Origin: Nitrospinaceae bacterium
GTDB taxonomy: Bacteria > Nitrospinota > Nitrospinia > Nitrospinales > Nitrospinaceae
Assembly (NCBI GenBank): GCA_965237905.1
Contig: OZ250172.1
Location: 1,376,001-1,440,000, forward strand
Reading direction: 5' to 3'
Length of the DNA: 64,000 nucleotides
This document shows, one piece after another, positions 28,219 to 39,053 of this stretch. The position numbers and the translations under genes are program-made. Each line of letters starts with the position of its first letter. Position 1 is the first letter of the stretch. Under the pieces are notes generated by a model that worked only from the letters and a program-made list of their open reading frames with translations, did not search any database and was not told the origin of the DNA.

Positions 28219-28743
28219 TTGAACCCCATTCAAAATTCACACAGGCGGATGGCCATTATCGCCCTGCTGGTCGGGCTGGGAGTGGTCCTGCACCGTCTGG
28301 AGGCCCTGCTTCCCCTGCCCACCCCCTGGGTCAAGCTGGGGCTGGCCAACATCATGACTCTGATCGCTCTGGTGTTTCTCGGATTCCGGGCGGCGCTGGA
28401 GGTGACCCTGTTACGCGTCCTGCTGGGGTCGGTATTGGGCGGAACGTTTCTCAGCCCCACGTTTTTCCTGAGCCTGGCCGGCGGATTGGCTTCGGTGGGC
28501 ATCATGGGTCTGTTGTACCGGGAAGGACAGCGGTCCTTCAGCCTGGTGGGCATCAGCGTGGCGGCGGCCTATGCCCACACCACCGCGATATTTGTATGCG
28601 TGTTCTTCCTGTTCATTCATCAAAGCGTATTTTTCAATCTACTGCCTGTATTTCTTACCTTTTCACTGATCTCAGGCATTCTCACCGGCCTGCTGGCGAA
28701 CAACATCGCGCAACATCTATCGAATGAAAAAATATCCTTTTAA
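28219..28743 (+). CDS. Gx transporter family / heptaprenyl diphosphate synthase component I membrane protein
   Basis: LEALLPLP.PWVKLGLANI...LLRVLLGS..GGT...F.LSLAGG..S...S.VGISV. Confidence 0.8.
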   Translation: MNPIQNSHRRMAIIALLVGLGVVLHRLEALLPLPTPWVKLGLANIMTLIALVFLGFRAALEVTLLRVLLGSVLGGTFLSPTFFLSLAGGLASVGIMGLLYREGQRSFSLVGISVAAAYAHTTAIFVCVFFLFIHQSVFFNLLPVFLTFSLISGILTGLLANNIAQHLSNEKISF

Positions 28744-28848
28744 AAACCCGGCATTATCCCTTTCACAATGTTTTAGACTTCCTTAAACTTTTCATTTACA
28801 CTAAATTTCTAGCCAAATTTTCATATATCAAATATCAAACAAACTTTG

Positions 28849-29541
28849 ATGGTGCCCGTGAAGCTTTCAATTGTTATTCCTGTTTACAACGAAAAAGATA
28901 CGCTCGACACTCTGCTGACCCGTGTGGAAGCCGTCGACTACGAAAAGGAAATCGTACTGGTGGATGATTGCTCCACCGACGGCACACGTGAAATTGTCGA
29001 GAATTATAAAAACAAAAAGGGATATACGGTATTGATGCACCCGCATAATCAGGGCAAGGGCGCCGCGCTCCGTACCGGATTTGCCCAAGCGTCAGGGGAC
29101 ATCATTATCATTCAGGACGCAGACCTGGAATATGATCCCAGGGATTACGGCAAACTATTGGAACCGATTCTGGATGGGCGGGCAGACGTCGTCTACGGAT
29201 CGCGGTTTCTGGGTGGACCTCACCGGGTGTTGTTCTTTTGGCATTACCTCGGCAACATGGCTCTGACCCTGTTGTCCAATATAATGACTAATCTGAACCT
29301 GACGGATATGGAAACCTGCTATAAAGCTTTCACTCGACAGGTTTTGACTTCCATTACTCTGAAGTGCGACCGGTTCGGATTCGAGCCGGAGTTCACCAGC
29401 AAAGTCGCCAAAAAAAAATTCCGAATTTACGAGGTCCCCATTTCATACAGCGGACGGGTTTATGCGGAAGGAAAAAAAATAGGGTGGAAAGACGGCGTGG
29501 CGGCGATCTGGTTTATCATCCGCTTTCGGTTATTCGACTGA
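28849..29541 (+). CDS. GT2 glycosyltransferase (DPM1-like)
   Basis: [48 protein letters not shown]. Confidence 0.92.
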   Translation: MVPVKLSIVIPVYNEKDTLDTLLTRVEAVDYEKEIVLVDDCSTDGTREIVENYKNKKGYTVLMHPHNQGKGAALRTGFAQASGDIIIIQDADLEYDPRDYGKLLEPILDGRADVVYGSRFLGGPHRVLFFWHYLGNMALTLLSNIMTNLNLTDMETCYKAFTRQVLTSITLKCDRFGFEPEFTSKVAKKKFRIYEVPISYSGRVYAEGKKIGWKDGVAAIWFIIRFRLFD

Positions 29542-29552
29542 ACCCGAAAACT

Positions 29553-30911
29553 CTAGTCAAAGCGATGAATCGTGCCTTCGCGGATACCTGTTTCAAATGT
29601 TTTTGTCTCCCGGGCAATAAGACGGCTCAATGCCAGTAAGGCGATGAGATTGGGAACGGCCATCAACCCATTCATGGCTCCTGAAAAATCCCAGACAAAA
29701 TGTAGATTACTCACCGCACCGACATAGACGAAACCGATCCAGGCCATCCTGTAAAACGGAATAAAACGTTCGCCTGCCAGATATTCAAAACATTTTTCAC
29801 CGTAATAGCACCAGCCCAGGATAGTGGAGAACGCGAAGGTGACCACCCCGAGAGTGACGACCCATTGTCCCCACTCGCCCGGCAGTCCGGCACTGAAAGC
29901 CTGAAGTGTCAGCTCGACGCCGGTCTTACCTGAGTTCCAGACTCCCGTCGTGGAAAGCACGAGTCCCGTCAGCGAACACACGATGATGGTATCGAGAAAA
30001 GTGCCCGTCATCGACACCAGCGCCTGCTTGCTAGGTTGATTGGTTTTCGCCGCGGCGGCAACGATAGGGGCACTTCCCAGACCGGATTCATTGGAGAACA
30101 ACCCCCGCTCCACGCCGAACCGAATGGCTTGGGCCAGAGTTGCTCCGGCAAAGCCGCCGCTGGCCGCAGTGCCGCTCATCGCCTGCTTGAACAAAAGCGC
30201 AAGACCCGCCGGTAATTCCGCCAGGTTGCCGAGGATGATTACCAACGATCCCGCAAAATACAGCAATACCATTATGGGAACAAAAAAGGTAACGACTTCG
30301 GCGATACGCTTGATTCCGCCCAGAATCACCAGCCCGGTAAAAACCGCCAAGACGACGCCGACCGCTTCTTTGCTGATGGAAAAAACTTTGACGAGGGCCA
30401 GGGTGGACGTGTTGGCCTGGACCATGTTACCGATCCCGAACGCGGCAACGGACCCGCACACCGCAAAACAGATTCCCAGCCATTTCCAGCCCAACCCGGT
30501 TTCGATGTAATACATGGGGCCGCCGGAAATCTCCCCCTTGTGGTTGATCTGTCGGTAACGCACGGCAAGAAAACCTTCAGCGTATTTAGTAGCCATGCCG
30601 AACAGGGCAGCCATCCACATCCATACCACCGCACCCGGTCCGCCGAGGGTCATGGCGGTGGCCACGCCGGCAATGTTGCCACTACCTATGGTGGCAGCCA
30701 AAGAAATCATGAGTGCGCCGAAATGGGAAACATCCCCCTTGCCCGTCCGTTCGCGCGAGAAGGTCAACCGCAAAGCGTAGGGGAGTAAACGAAATTGAAT
30801 GCCTTTGAGTAGAATCGTCAGCCAAATCCCGGTGCCAACCAGCAGAATCAGCAGCCAGGGGCCCCAGATCATTCCGTTTAAATCTGAAAAAAACCGGTTG
30901 ACGGCATCCAT
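29553..30911 (-). CDS. Sodium/proton:alanine (AGCS family) symporter
   Basis: GNIAGVATA..LGGPGA..WMW, GGPMYY, RGLFSNESGLGS, GLMAVPNL. Confidence 0.93.
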   Translation of the reverse strand: MDAVNRFFSDLNGMIWGPWLLILLVGTGIWLTILLKGIQFRLLPYALRLTFSRERTGKGDVSHFGALMISLAATIGSGNIAGVATAMTLGGPGAVVWMWMAALFGMATKYAEGFLAVRYRQINHKGEISGGPMYYIETGLGWKWLGICFAVCGSVAAFGIGNMVQANTSTLALVKVFSISKEAVGVVLAVFTGLVILGGIKRIAEVVTFFVPIMVLLYFAGSLVIILGNLAELPAGLALLFKQAMSGTAASGGFAGATLAQAIRFGVERGLFSNESGLGSAPIVAAAAKTNQPSKQALVSMTGTFLDTIIVCSLTGLVLSTTGVWNSGKTGVELTLQAFSAGLPGEWGQWVVTLGVVTFAFSTILGWCYYGEKCFEYLAGERFIPFYRMAWIGFVYVGAVSNLHFVWDFSGAMNGLMAVPNLIALLALSRLIARETKTFETGIREGTIHRFD

Positions 30912-31042
30912 AATAAAATGGGTTTAGTTTAAAAAAACAAGATCAGCAAATTGATGGAGGCCAATATGCCGGAGGGGAGTCTTCCTGTGGAAGTCATTTA
31001 AAAAGTGGGGCTTCAAGATAACAAATAAAAGTTACTTCTTTT

Positions 31043-31759
31043 TTACTTTTTGGCTTCTTCTTCTTTCTTTTTTGCGGCTTGCGCTTTTTCATTTTCGGAA
31101 TTTTTTAACGCCCGTTCCAATCTATCGATCAAAGCGGCTTGTTGTTGACCTTCACTTGCGAACCGACTGAATATGCCAGCGATGCGTGTTTTGAGTCCGG
31201 CCCCAATCGATTTGGTTTGCTCATCCACAGCAATGCTTTTATTTAAAAAACTCCGGGCTGCCTGCAGTTCGGGAACCTTGGTCCCTGCCAGTTCGCTTGC
31301 CAGGCTTTTCTTTAAGGGAAGAGAGCTTTGAATGGTATTCACAGCTCTCTGTCCATTGGAAAAATTGGGCTGAACATTTTTATAACGGTTGCCCAGCGCT
31401 ATCCCGACTTTGAATACGTTAATGGTTTTTTTGACCAATCCTTCATCTTTCGCACTGAGTCCTGCCTCCTCCTCCTCAACTCCACTCTCACCTTCCGCAC
31501 TCGCCTGACCCGGAGACCCTGGAGGAGCGCCGGGAGCGGGTGTCGGCTCGTTCACTCCTTTGAATTTCTTCACGGAGCCTTTATTTCTATACCGCATAGG
31601 AATTCTGCTGGCATCGTCGGTAAAATGAATTTTCCCATTATCATCTTTATACTTGTATATTTTTGCAATCGCTGGATCGGGTTGAAAGGCGATCCACCCT
31701 AACAGCGCAAAAATCATAGCTTTTGAAAGAATGTTGGAGAAGCCGATGGCATGTTTCAT
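31043..31759 (-). CDS. DUF4124-domain secreted protein
   Basis: Signal peptide then KIYKYKDDNGKIHFTDD; start uncertain (31798, 31759 or 31717). Confidence 0.75.
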   Translation of the reverse strand: MKHAIGFSNILSKAMIFALLGWIAFQPDPAIAKIYKYKDDNGKIHFTDDASRIPMRYRNKGSVKKFKGVNEPTPAPGAPPGSPGQASAEGESGVEEEEAGLSAKDEGLVKKTINVFKVGIALGNRYKNVQPNFSNGQRAVNTIQSSLPLKKSLASELAGTKVPELQAARSFLNKSIAVDEQTKSIGAGLKTRIAGIFSRFASEGQQQAALIDRLERALKNSENEKAQAAKKKEEEAKK

Positions 31760-31896
31760 ATTGTTATAGGCCCATATATTTAAATGCAGACGATTCAATG
31801 AATTAGAACCGCTTCAAGATTATATCAACCGAATCTGAACTCTGCTATACTTTAATTCTAAACGAAAACTACTTAAATTGAAACTGGAGATCTCGC

Positions 31897-32292
31897 GTGA
31901 CTCCGAGTCCATTAAAGTATATCGACGATAACATTTACAGCTTGTATCCCGAGAATCGTATCGTCGGTTTTTATTTATATGACGTTTACAATGAGATGGT
32001 AGGCCGTATCCAGGGCTTGATGGTTGATCCAGAATCCTATCACCCGAGATATCTGGTTTTAACCATCGGTGGATTTCTGTTCACTGACGGAAAAATCATT
32101 CTGTTCCCCAAGAATCATTATGAAACCCTTGAGTTGGGTAAAATCAAAACCTCCTGGCGCCGAGACTCGATCCAGCAATCCCCTTCCATCAACGATGTCC
32201 AATCACTTTCCCTGGAAAGAGAGCAGGTCATTTTGGGTTACTACGATCTGGAACCCTATTGGGACGTTACGGAAATCAAAAGCAATACTTAA
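31897..32292 (+). CDS. PRC-barrel domain protein
   Basis: VGRIQGLMVD.....RYLVLTIGGFL...E..ILGYY..EPYW. Confidence 0.75.
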   Translation: MTPSPLKYIDDNIYSLYPENRIVGFYLYDVYNEMVGRIQGLMVDPESYHPRYLVLTIGGFLFTDGKIILFPKNHYETLELGKIKTSWRRDSIQQSPSINDVQSLSLEREQVILGYYDLEPYWDVTEIKSNT

Positions 32293-32305
32293 TTCCTCTT
32301 CCGTC

Positions 32306-33391
32306 TTAACGCGCTTCAATCCGTTCTAACAACTGGTAGACCGCGTCCGAGACATCCTTGACGCTGATATCTTCAATGCAAAAGGGTTTGTTGTGAGCTG
32401 AGGGTTTGCATTCCTTGAAAAAGTTGTGACGGCAGGGTGAACAGGGGTAATTTTTTGTAACTATTTCCTTTTTAGCAGGTTCGATACAGGGATCACTGGT
32501 TTTAGGGCTTCCCGGACCGAAAATGGCGACGAGAGGCGTTTCCACCATAGCCGCCAGATTCATGAGGCCGCTGTCGTTGGCGATCAACAGTTGGCAGTTC
32601 CGGAGCAGGGCCAGTACCACTCGCATATTCAAGCCCGTGAAAACCAGGGAGTGCTCCCGCGGACAGTATTTTCTGACCTGCTCGAGCAACTCCGCTTCCT
32701 CACTGCTTCCCAACAATAGAATTTTGGCCCCTCTTTCCTTGATCAGCTTTTGACATAAAATACCGAACCGTTCCGGATGCCACCGCTTTTCCTGCTTGGA
32801 GGCGCCCGGTTGAATCGCTACTTTGAAATCACTTGGATAAATTCCCTGTTGAGCCAACAATTCCTCTTGTTGCCCCACTTCTTCCTCTGAAACGATGGGT
32901 TCGAATTTCTTTTCCACATCATTGATTCCGAGACAGGACACAATTCTGGAATAATAATCCATCCCATGTATTGATTTTGAATCCTTTTGCACGGCAAGTG
33001 GATGCGTTAAAAAAATTCCACGGCCCTCGGTTTGATAACCGATTCGGATTTTGGATCCCGACAGCCAAGTCATCATCGCACTACGAAAGGAATTGGGAAA
33101 CAACACCGCCAGGTCAAACTGATATTTTTTCAAACCTCGCGCAAACCGGCGGGCAGACCAAAAACCGTCTTCCTGCGTATAGGGAATTTTGATAACGGAA
33201 TCAATGGAAGGATGGTGCGATAAAAATTCATGGGCGGGAGGATGCGCCACCACGGTTATCCGCACATGAGGCAAGCGGGCTCTTAAGGCCTGAATTGTGG
33301 GAAGGGAGAACACCACATCCCCAAGCCAGTGAGGCATCCAAAATAAAATATGGCGAATGTCCTGTTCTTCAAGATTAATTGGACGGTCCAT
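32306..33391 (-). CDS. waaF: Lipopolysaccharide heptosyltransferase II (GT9)
   Basis: PHWLGDVV, LFPNSFRSA, KRWHPERF, NDSGLMNLA, AIFGP; GAGGAG RBS before ATG 33391. Confidence 0.85.
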   Translation of the reverse strand: MDRPINLEEQDIRHILFWMPHWLGDVVFSLPTIQALRARLPHVRITVVAHPPAHEFLSHHPSIDSVIKIPYTQEDGFWSARRFARGLKKYQFDLAVLFPNSFRSAMMTWLSGSKIRIGYQTEGRGIFLTHPLAVQKDSKSIHGMDYYSRIVSCLGINDVEKKFEPIVSEEEVGQQEELLAQQGIYPSDFKVAIQPGASKQEKRWHPERFGILCQKLIKERGAKILLLGSSEEAELLEQVRKYCPREHSLVFTGLNMRVVLALLRNCQLLIANDSGLMNLAAMVETPLVAIFGPGSPKTSDPCIEPAKKEIVTKNYPCSPCRHNFFKECKPSAHNKPFCIEDISVKDVSDAVYQLLERIEAR

Positions 33392-33448
33392 GGTCTCCTC
33401 TGTTTCCAAATTGCGATCATTTATCGGTCTCGCATTGAGCAACGCAGG

Positions 33449-34702
33449 TTATTTGACTCGACGAATGGCAGCTCCCAATTGCGACAATTTTTTCTCCATA
33501 TCCTGATATCCCCGATCAATATGATAGACCCGCGAAACCACCGTATCCCGCTCAGCGACCAGACCTGCCAGAACAAGACAGGCACTGGCCCGCAAATCGG
33601 TGGCCATCACCGGAGCGCCGGACAATTGTCCCACTCCTCTTACGGTGGCCGTGTGGCCTTCGATGGAAATATCCGCACCCATACGTTTTAATTCCGCTAC
33701 ATGCATAAACCGGTTTTCGAACACCGTTTCAGCAATCCTGCTCTCGCCCTTGGCCAGTGTCATTAAAGTCATGAACTGAGCCTGTACGTCCGTTGCAAAA
33801 CCGGGATAAGGAGCTGTGGTGATATCCACAGCGGACAACTCCCCGTTACCTTTGACCCGCACCGAGTTTTCACCCGTGTCTACCGTCACCCCGGCTTGAC
33901 GAAGCTTGTCGATGATGGGCTTCATGTGCTCGGGCACGCAATTCAGCACCTCCACATTGCCGTTGGCAATCGCGGCGGCAATCATGTAAGTCGCCGCTTC
34001 AATCCGGTCCGGTAAAATTTGGCATTCAATTGGCGTTAAGGACGTCACCCCCTGGATAATGATCTTGTCGGTTCCGGCGCCCTTTATTTTAGCACCCGAA
34101 TGATTTAACACGTCGGCCAGAAAACCCACCTCCGGTTCTCTGGCTGCATTTTCCAGAATCGTTTCGCCCTCGGCCAGGGCCGCCGCCATCATGACGTTCA
34201 TCGTACCCGTGACCGTCACCAAATCAAATTTATGACGAACCCCTTTTAATTTTTTGGCGGTGCCATGGACGTACCCTTCCTCCAGCTGGATTTTTGCCCC
34301 CAGCGCTTCCAATCCTTTAATGTGAAGATCAATAGGCCGTGCCCCGATGGCGCATCCGCCGGGCAGTGAAACTTTGGCTTCGCCCAGCCGCGCCAGCAAA
34401 GGACCCAACACCAGGCAGGAAGCGCGCATGGTAGACACCAGATCGTAGGGCGCTATCGGATTATTGATCCCCGTGGCATCCAGAACGACGCGATCCCCTT
34501 CGAAACAGTCTACCCTTGCTCCCAGTTCCTCCACCAGACGAACCATTGTGGTGACATCCCGGACCCCCGGCACTGCCTGAATTTCACTTTTTCCCTGAGT
34601 GAGCAGAGTTGCCGCCAAGACCGGTAACACCGCATTTTTGGCTCCGCTGATGGTCACCTGGCCGTTCAGTGGATGACCGCCCTCCACGATGATTTTATCC
34701 AA
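33449..34702 (-). CDS. murA: UDP-N-acetylglucosamine 1-carboxyvinyltransferase
   Basis: SGAKNA, LPGGCAIGARP, NAAREPE, FENRF, DLRA, IDRGY. Confidence 0.97.
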   Translation of the reverse strand: MDKIIVEGGHPLNGQVTISGAKNAVLPVLAATLLTQGKSEIQAVPGVRDVTTMVRLVEELGARVDCFEGDRVVLDATGINNPIAPYDLVSTMRASCLVLGPLLARLGEAKVSLPGGCAIGARPIDLHIKGLEALGAKIQLEEGYVHGTAKKLKGVRHKFDLVTVTGTMNVMMAAALAEGETILENAAREPEVGFLADVLNHSGAKIKGAGTDKIIIQGVTSLTPIECQILPDRIEAATYMIAAAIANGNVEVLNCVPEHMKPIIDKLRQAGVTVDTGENSVRVKGNGELSAVDITTAPYPGFATDVQAQFMTLMTLAKGESRIAETVFENRFMHVAELKRMGADISIEGHTATVRGVGQLSGAPVMATDLRASACLVLAGLVAERDTVVSRVYHIDRGYQDMEKKLSQLGAAIRRVK

Positions 34703-35594
34703 GCACCCTCCTCGTGGAAACCACGCGGTCGCGTCCGCTCAAATCCTGAAGGATTTCAATTTCATCCCACCCACCGTGAGCCTGAAGGCTCTGCCTGACC
34801 GGTCCGGCCTGATCGTCTCCCACTTCGAATATCAAATGGCCCCCCGGCTTTAAATAAGGGAATGCGTTCGCAACGATACACCGGTAACACGCCAGGCCGT
34901 CCGGCCCGCCATCCAACGCCGCTCGCGGCTCGTAATCGCGGACGTCCGGCATCAACCGCTCCAACTCTTGGAAAGGAATGTAAGGGGGATTGGAAAGAAT
35001 AAAATCATAGCAGGAGTTTTCTGGAAGACCCCAGTCGCGCATTAAATCCATCTTTAAAAATTCAATCCGGTCCGCCACCTGGTGCCGGAGCACGTTTTCC
35101 TGCGCTACCTCAAGAGCATCATCTGAGTTATCTGCCGCTGTCACCCGGACCTTCGGAAACTCCAGCGCCGCCACGATTGCGAGGTTTCCCGATCCTGTAC
35201 CCACATCTAAAATGCGAATTGATTTCTCATCCGCTCCATCTCCGGCAAGATTCAGCAAACGCTCGATAACCCCCTCCGTTTCGGGACGAGGGATCAACAC
35301 TTTCGGGTTGACCTTGAACTCCAATGACCAGAATTCCCGGTGACCGACGATATAAGCTAAAGGCTCTTTCCGGCAACGGCGCTCGACGAGTTGTTGGAAT
35401 TTTTCTTCCTGCGGGCCCGTCAACTCCTGATCCGGGTGGATAATGATATCTTCTTTTCTCAGTTCCAGAACATGCGCCAAGAGAAGCTCCGCCTCCAACC
35501 GCGCCTGTTCAATGTGATTCGAAGAAAGCGTATCGGTCGCTTCCTTCAACACACTCCTGAGAGTAACTGAAATTTTATGGGGAGAATCTATCAT
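34695..35594 (-). CDS. prmC: Release factor glutamine methyltransferase
   Basis: EPLAYI, LIPRPETE, DVGTGSG, SNPPY; follows prfA. Confidence 0.95.
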   Translation of the reverse strand: MIDSPHKISVTLRSVLKEATDTLSSNHIEQARLEAELLLAHVLELRKEDIIIHPDQELTGPQEEKFQQLVERRCRKEPLAYIVGHREFWSLEFKVNPKVLIPRPETEGVIERLLNLAGDGADEKSIRILDVGTGSGNLAIVAALEFPKVRVTAADNSDDALEVAQENVLRHQVADRIEFLKMDLMRDWGLPENSCYDFILSNPPYIPFQELERLMPDVRDYEPRAALDGGPDGLACYRCIVANAFPYLKPGGHLIFEVGDDQAGPVRQSLQAHGGWDEIEILQDLSGRDRVVSTRRVLG

Positions 35595-35630
35595 AAGGTG
35601 TCCCGACTAAAAAGGAATGCTGGGGCGTTA

Positions 35631-36701
35631 TCAGTTTTGACTGCCTTTCAAGGCTTCGGCCTGAAAATACAGTGTGACCTTTCCCAGAAGCTCATCGAGG
35701 TCTCCCTCCATGATCTGCGACAGCTTGTGGAGAGTCAAGCCAATCCTGTGATCCGTTACCCGCTCCTGCGGAAAATTGTAGGTTCGAATTCGTCCGCTCC
35801 GGTCTCCACTTCCAATCTGTTGCTTGCGGTCCGCCGCCAACTGCTCCTGCTGTTTGCGTTGTTCCTCATCGTACAAGCGGGCACGCAGAACCTTCATCGC
35901 CTTTTCCTTGTTTTTGTGTTGCGACTTTTCATCCTGACAGATGACCACAATCCCACTGGGGACATGGCTGATCCGTACAGCCGAATCGGTGGTATTGACA
36001 CTTTGGCCTCCCGGTCCGGAAGAACGGTAGACATCTACTTTGAGGTCCGAAGGATTAATCTGGACATCCACCTCCTCCGCTTCAGGCATTATCGCCACCG
36101 TCACCGCCGAGGTATGAATGCGTCCCTGCGTTTCGGTGGTCGGCACCCGTTGCACCCGGTGGGTCCCGGCTTCATATTTGAGTTGGCTGAACACGCCCTT
36201 GCCCTGGATACTGAGGATCACTTCCTTGAAGCCGCCGACACCGGTTTCATTGCTACTCATGATCTCCACCTTCCACTTCAAGGTTTCCGCATAACGCGAA
36301 TACATCCGGAACAGATCGGCGCAAAACAAACCCGCTTCGTCTCCACCGGTTCCTGCCCGGATTTCCATGATCACGTTTTTGGCGTCGCGCGGATCTTTGG
36401 GCAGCAGTAAAACCTTCAACTTCACTTCATTCTTCTCTTTTTCCTGTTTCAGGGATACGACCTCTTCCCGGGCCAAGTCCACCATTTCCGCATCCTGTTC
36501 CTCCTCGAGGACTTTCTGGTTCTCTTCCAACTGACGCACATTTTTTTTCCACTCCTGGTATTCCTTGACGATCTGGGCAATATCGGACTGCTCCTTGGCC
36601 AGTTTCTGAAACTCCGACTGTTGCTGGATAATTTTATGATCGCTCATCAATTCATTGAGCTCCTCATATCGCTTTTCAATTTCAGCCAATTGATCAAACA
36701 T
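35631..36701 (-). CDS. prfA: Peptide chain release factor 1
   Basis: RVPTT (PxT), GGQ, RTYNFPQ. Confidence 0.97.
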   Translation of the reverse strand: MFDQLAEIEKRYEELNELMSDHKIIQQQSEFQKLAKEQSDIAQIVKEYQEWKKNVRQLEENQKVLEEEQDAEMVDLAREEVVSLKQEKEKNEVKLKVLLLPKDPRDAKNVIMEIRAGTGGDEAGLFCADLFRMYSRYAETLKWKVEIMSSNETGVGGFKEVILSIQGKGVFSQLKYEAGTHRVQRVPTTETQGRIHTSAVTVAIMPEAEEVDVQINPSDLKVDVYRSSGPGGQSVNTTDSAVRISHVPSGIVVICQDEKSQHKNKEKAMKVLRARLYDEEQRKQQEQLAADRKQQIGSGDRSGRIRTYNFPQERVTDHRIGLTLHKLSQIMEGDLDELLGKVTLYFQAEALKGSQN

Positions 36702-36789
36702 AGGAATAGCCGACTCGCTTAACCAAGCCGTATTTTAGATTGAGGGTGAAAAAAGGAACTGCGGGTAACGAAAAAAAGGAAGGGGAAAG

Positions 36790-37041
36790 CTAATTGGGAG
36801 CGGGTTCTTTAACGTTTTTAGCCGTGGCTTCTTTCGCCTCTTTAGCTTTTTGATATTTCCGGGTGAACTTCTCGATCCGTCCGGCGCTGTCCATAAGTTT
36901 CTGTTTGCCCGTGTAAAACGGATGGCAGGCGGAGCAAACTTCAATATGGATGTCTTTCACCGTGGAGCGAACATCCACTTTATTTCCGCAGGCGCACACA
37001 AAGGTGGTTTCATGATATTCCGGATGAATCTTAGCTTTCAT
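36790..37041 (-). CDS. rpmE: 50S ribosomal protein L31 (Zn-binding form)
   Basis: [23 protein letters not shown]. Confidence 0.96.
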   Translation of the reverse strand: MKAKIHPEYHETTFVCACGNKVDVRSTVKDIHIEVCSACHPFYTGKQKLMDSAGRIEKFTRKYQKAKEAKEATAKNVKEPAPN

Positions 37042-37074
37042 AACGACTTAAACCTCTCTTAAATAACTGTAAAA

Positions 37075-38352
37075 TCAGGAGTTCATCGATTGGATGAACT
37101 CGGCATTCGTTTTGGTTTCCTTCATTCTCTGGATTAGGAGCTCCATCGTATCATGGATGCCCATCGGGAGCAAAACTTTTCTAAGTAGCCAAATACGTTG
37201 TAATTCCTCCTCTTCCATGAGCAACTCCTCTTTCCGAGTACCGGACCGGTTGATATCGATCGAGGGGAAAGTCCGTTTATCAGCGAGCTTCCGGTCGAGA
37301 ACGATTTCCATGTTGCCGGTGCCCTTGAATTCCTCAAAAATAACGTCATCCATACGGCTTCCGGTATCCACCAGCGCGGTGGCGATGATGGTAAGACTGC
37401 CACCTTCCTCCAGATTCCGGGCGGCGCCAAAAAACCGTTTGGGTCGTTGCAGGGCATTGGAATCCACACCACCGGAAAGTACCTTGCCGCTGGGCGGCAC
37501 GATGGCGTTGTAGGCCCGCGCCAGGCGGGTGATGCTGTCCAGCAGAATCACGACGTCCTTTTTGTGCTCGACCAGCCGTTTGGCCTTCTCGATCACCATT
37601 TCCGCAACCTGGACGTGGCGTTGGGCCGGCTCGTCAAAGGTGGAGCTGATAGTCTCGCCCTTTACCGACCTCTGCATGTCCGTCACTTCTTCAGGACGCT
37701 CGTCAATCAACAACACAATGAGAACCACTTCCGGAAAATTGGTGCTGATGCTGTTGGCAATCGATTGCAACAACATGGTTTTACCCGTCCGCGGCGGGGC
37801 CACGATCAGGCCGCGCTGGCCTTTACCGATCGGCGCCATCAGGTCCATGATGCGCGCGCTGTAATCTTTGCTGTTCGGCGTTTCCAAGCGCAGACGCTCT
37901 TCGGGATACAACGGCGTCAGGTTGTCGAACAGTATCTTGTCCTTGGTCTTGTCGGGATTTTCAAAGTTGCTGGCCTCGACCTTCAACAACGCAAAATACC
38001 GCTCATTTTCCTTGGGCGGACGAATCTGCCCGGAGATCGTGTCGCCAGTATGCATGTCGAACCGGCGTATCTGTGAAGGCGAAACGTAAATGTCGTCCGG
38101 GCCCGGCAGGTAGTTATAAGTGGGTGCCCGCAGAAATCCGAAGCCGTCCGGCAAAATTTCCAGAACTCCCTGGCCGAACATCAGACCTTCTTTTTCGATC
38201 TGGACCTGGAGTATCTTGAATATCAAATCCTGCTTCTTCAAACCGCTATGACCCTGAATTTTTAGAGTCTTCGCCAGGTTGGTCAGTTCGGAAATGGTTT
38301 TCGCCTTTAATTCTTCAATATTGGTAGTGGGTGGTTGTGTGGTTTCAGTCAT
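37075..38352 (-). CDS. rho: Transcription termination factor Rho
   Basis: [30 protein letters not shown]. Confidence 0.97.
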   Translation of the reverse strand: MTETTQPPTTNIEELKAKTISELTNLAKTLKIQGHSGLKKQDLIFKILQVQIEKEGLMFGQGVLEILPDGFGFLRAPTYNYLPGPDDIYVSPSQIRRFDMHTGDTISGQIRPPKENERYFALLKVEASNFENPDKTKDKILFDNLTPLYPEERLRLETPNSKDYSARIMDLMAPIGKGQRGLIVAPPRTGKTMLLQSIANSISTNFPEVVLIVLLIDERPEEVTDMQRSVKGETISSTFDEPAQRHVQVAEMVIEKAKRLVEHKKDVVILLDSITRLARAYNAIVPPSGKVLSGGVDSNALQRPKRFFGAARNLEEGGSLTIIATALVDTGSRMDDVIFEEFKGTGNMEIVLDRKLADKRTFPSIDINRSGTRKEELLMEEEELQRIWLLRKVLLPMGIHDTMELLIQRMKETKTNAEFIQSMNS

Positions 38353-38566
38353 GGGTGGTGGTTGGGTAAAAGGTTAGATGGATGGACTGTAATTGCCTTG
38401 TGGTTGATGATTGCCCTGTGTCTGCTTATCGGTTCGAGTGGGTTTTGGGAGATGTCCCAGAATCCTCTAAAGAGACTCTGTCTATGGAAATCATTTCGCA
38501 GGATTTTCCGGATATTTGATTGATTTCAGAGGCTTTAGGAAGCACTACTTCTTGGGGTTCTCTCCT

Positions 38567-38595
38567 AACTTAAACGGTTATTATTTATTTGTCAA
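38567..38595 (-). promoter_or_regulatory. Sigma-70 promoter of rho
   Basis: TTGACA-N17-TAAGTT on the minus strand. Confidence 0.6.
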
Positions 38596-39053
38596 TCATT
38601 TTATATCGCTTTTGAAGTTTTGGGTGGAGCCGCCAGGATGGAATCAAGGAAAGGGGTGCTTGGCTTGCCGTGGCAAGGTTAGCCACTATAGCACTATTCC
38701 TATCAATTCGCGAACCGCATTTTTTTGACCTCTATTTTCGTTTTTTATTCGTCTTGCGATTTCTGGCTCATAAAGTGTCGCTGCACACGTGTATCGACAT
38801 CATGGACCTGTGCCCTCCGGCGTGGAAAGTGACAGAGGATCGTTACCGCGCAATCAACCGGCGAACGACTTCTGAGGAACATCAAGAGACGATTCGCATC
38901 ACTCAAATTGGAATATCAATCACGGTGTCATAGGACTGTTTCCCAGAAAACTTATCAAAACTACTTGCCTTTATCTCAAGAGACGACTAGCATAAAGAAG
39001 TTTTTATAATTGAGTATTTTAACCGCTGACACAATCGAAAACAGGAAATCGAT

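Noticed and set aside
30912..31042. Glycine riboswitch upstream of the alanine/glycine symporter
   Set aside because: The spacer is only ~130 bp with one weak hairpin and no recognisable aptamer consensus.
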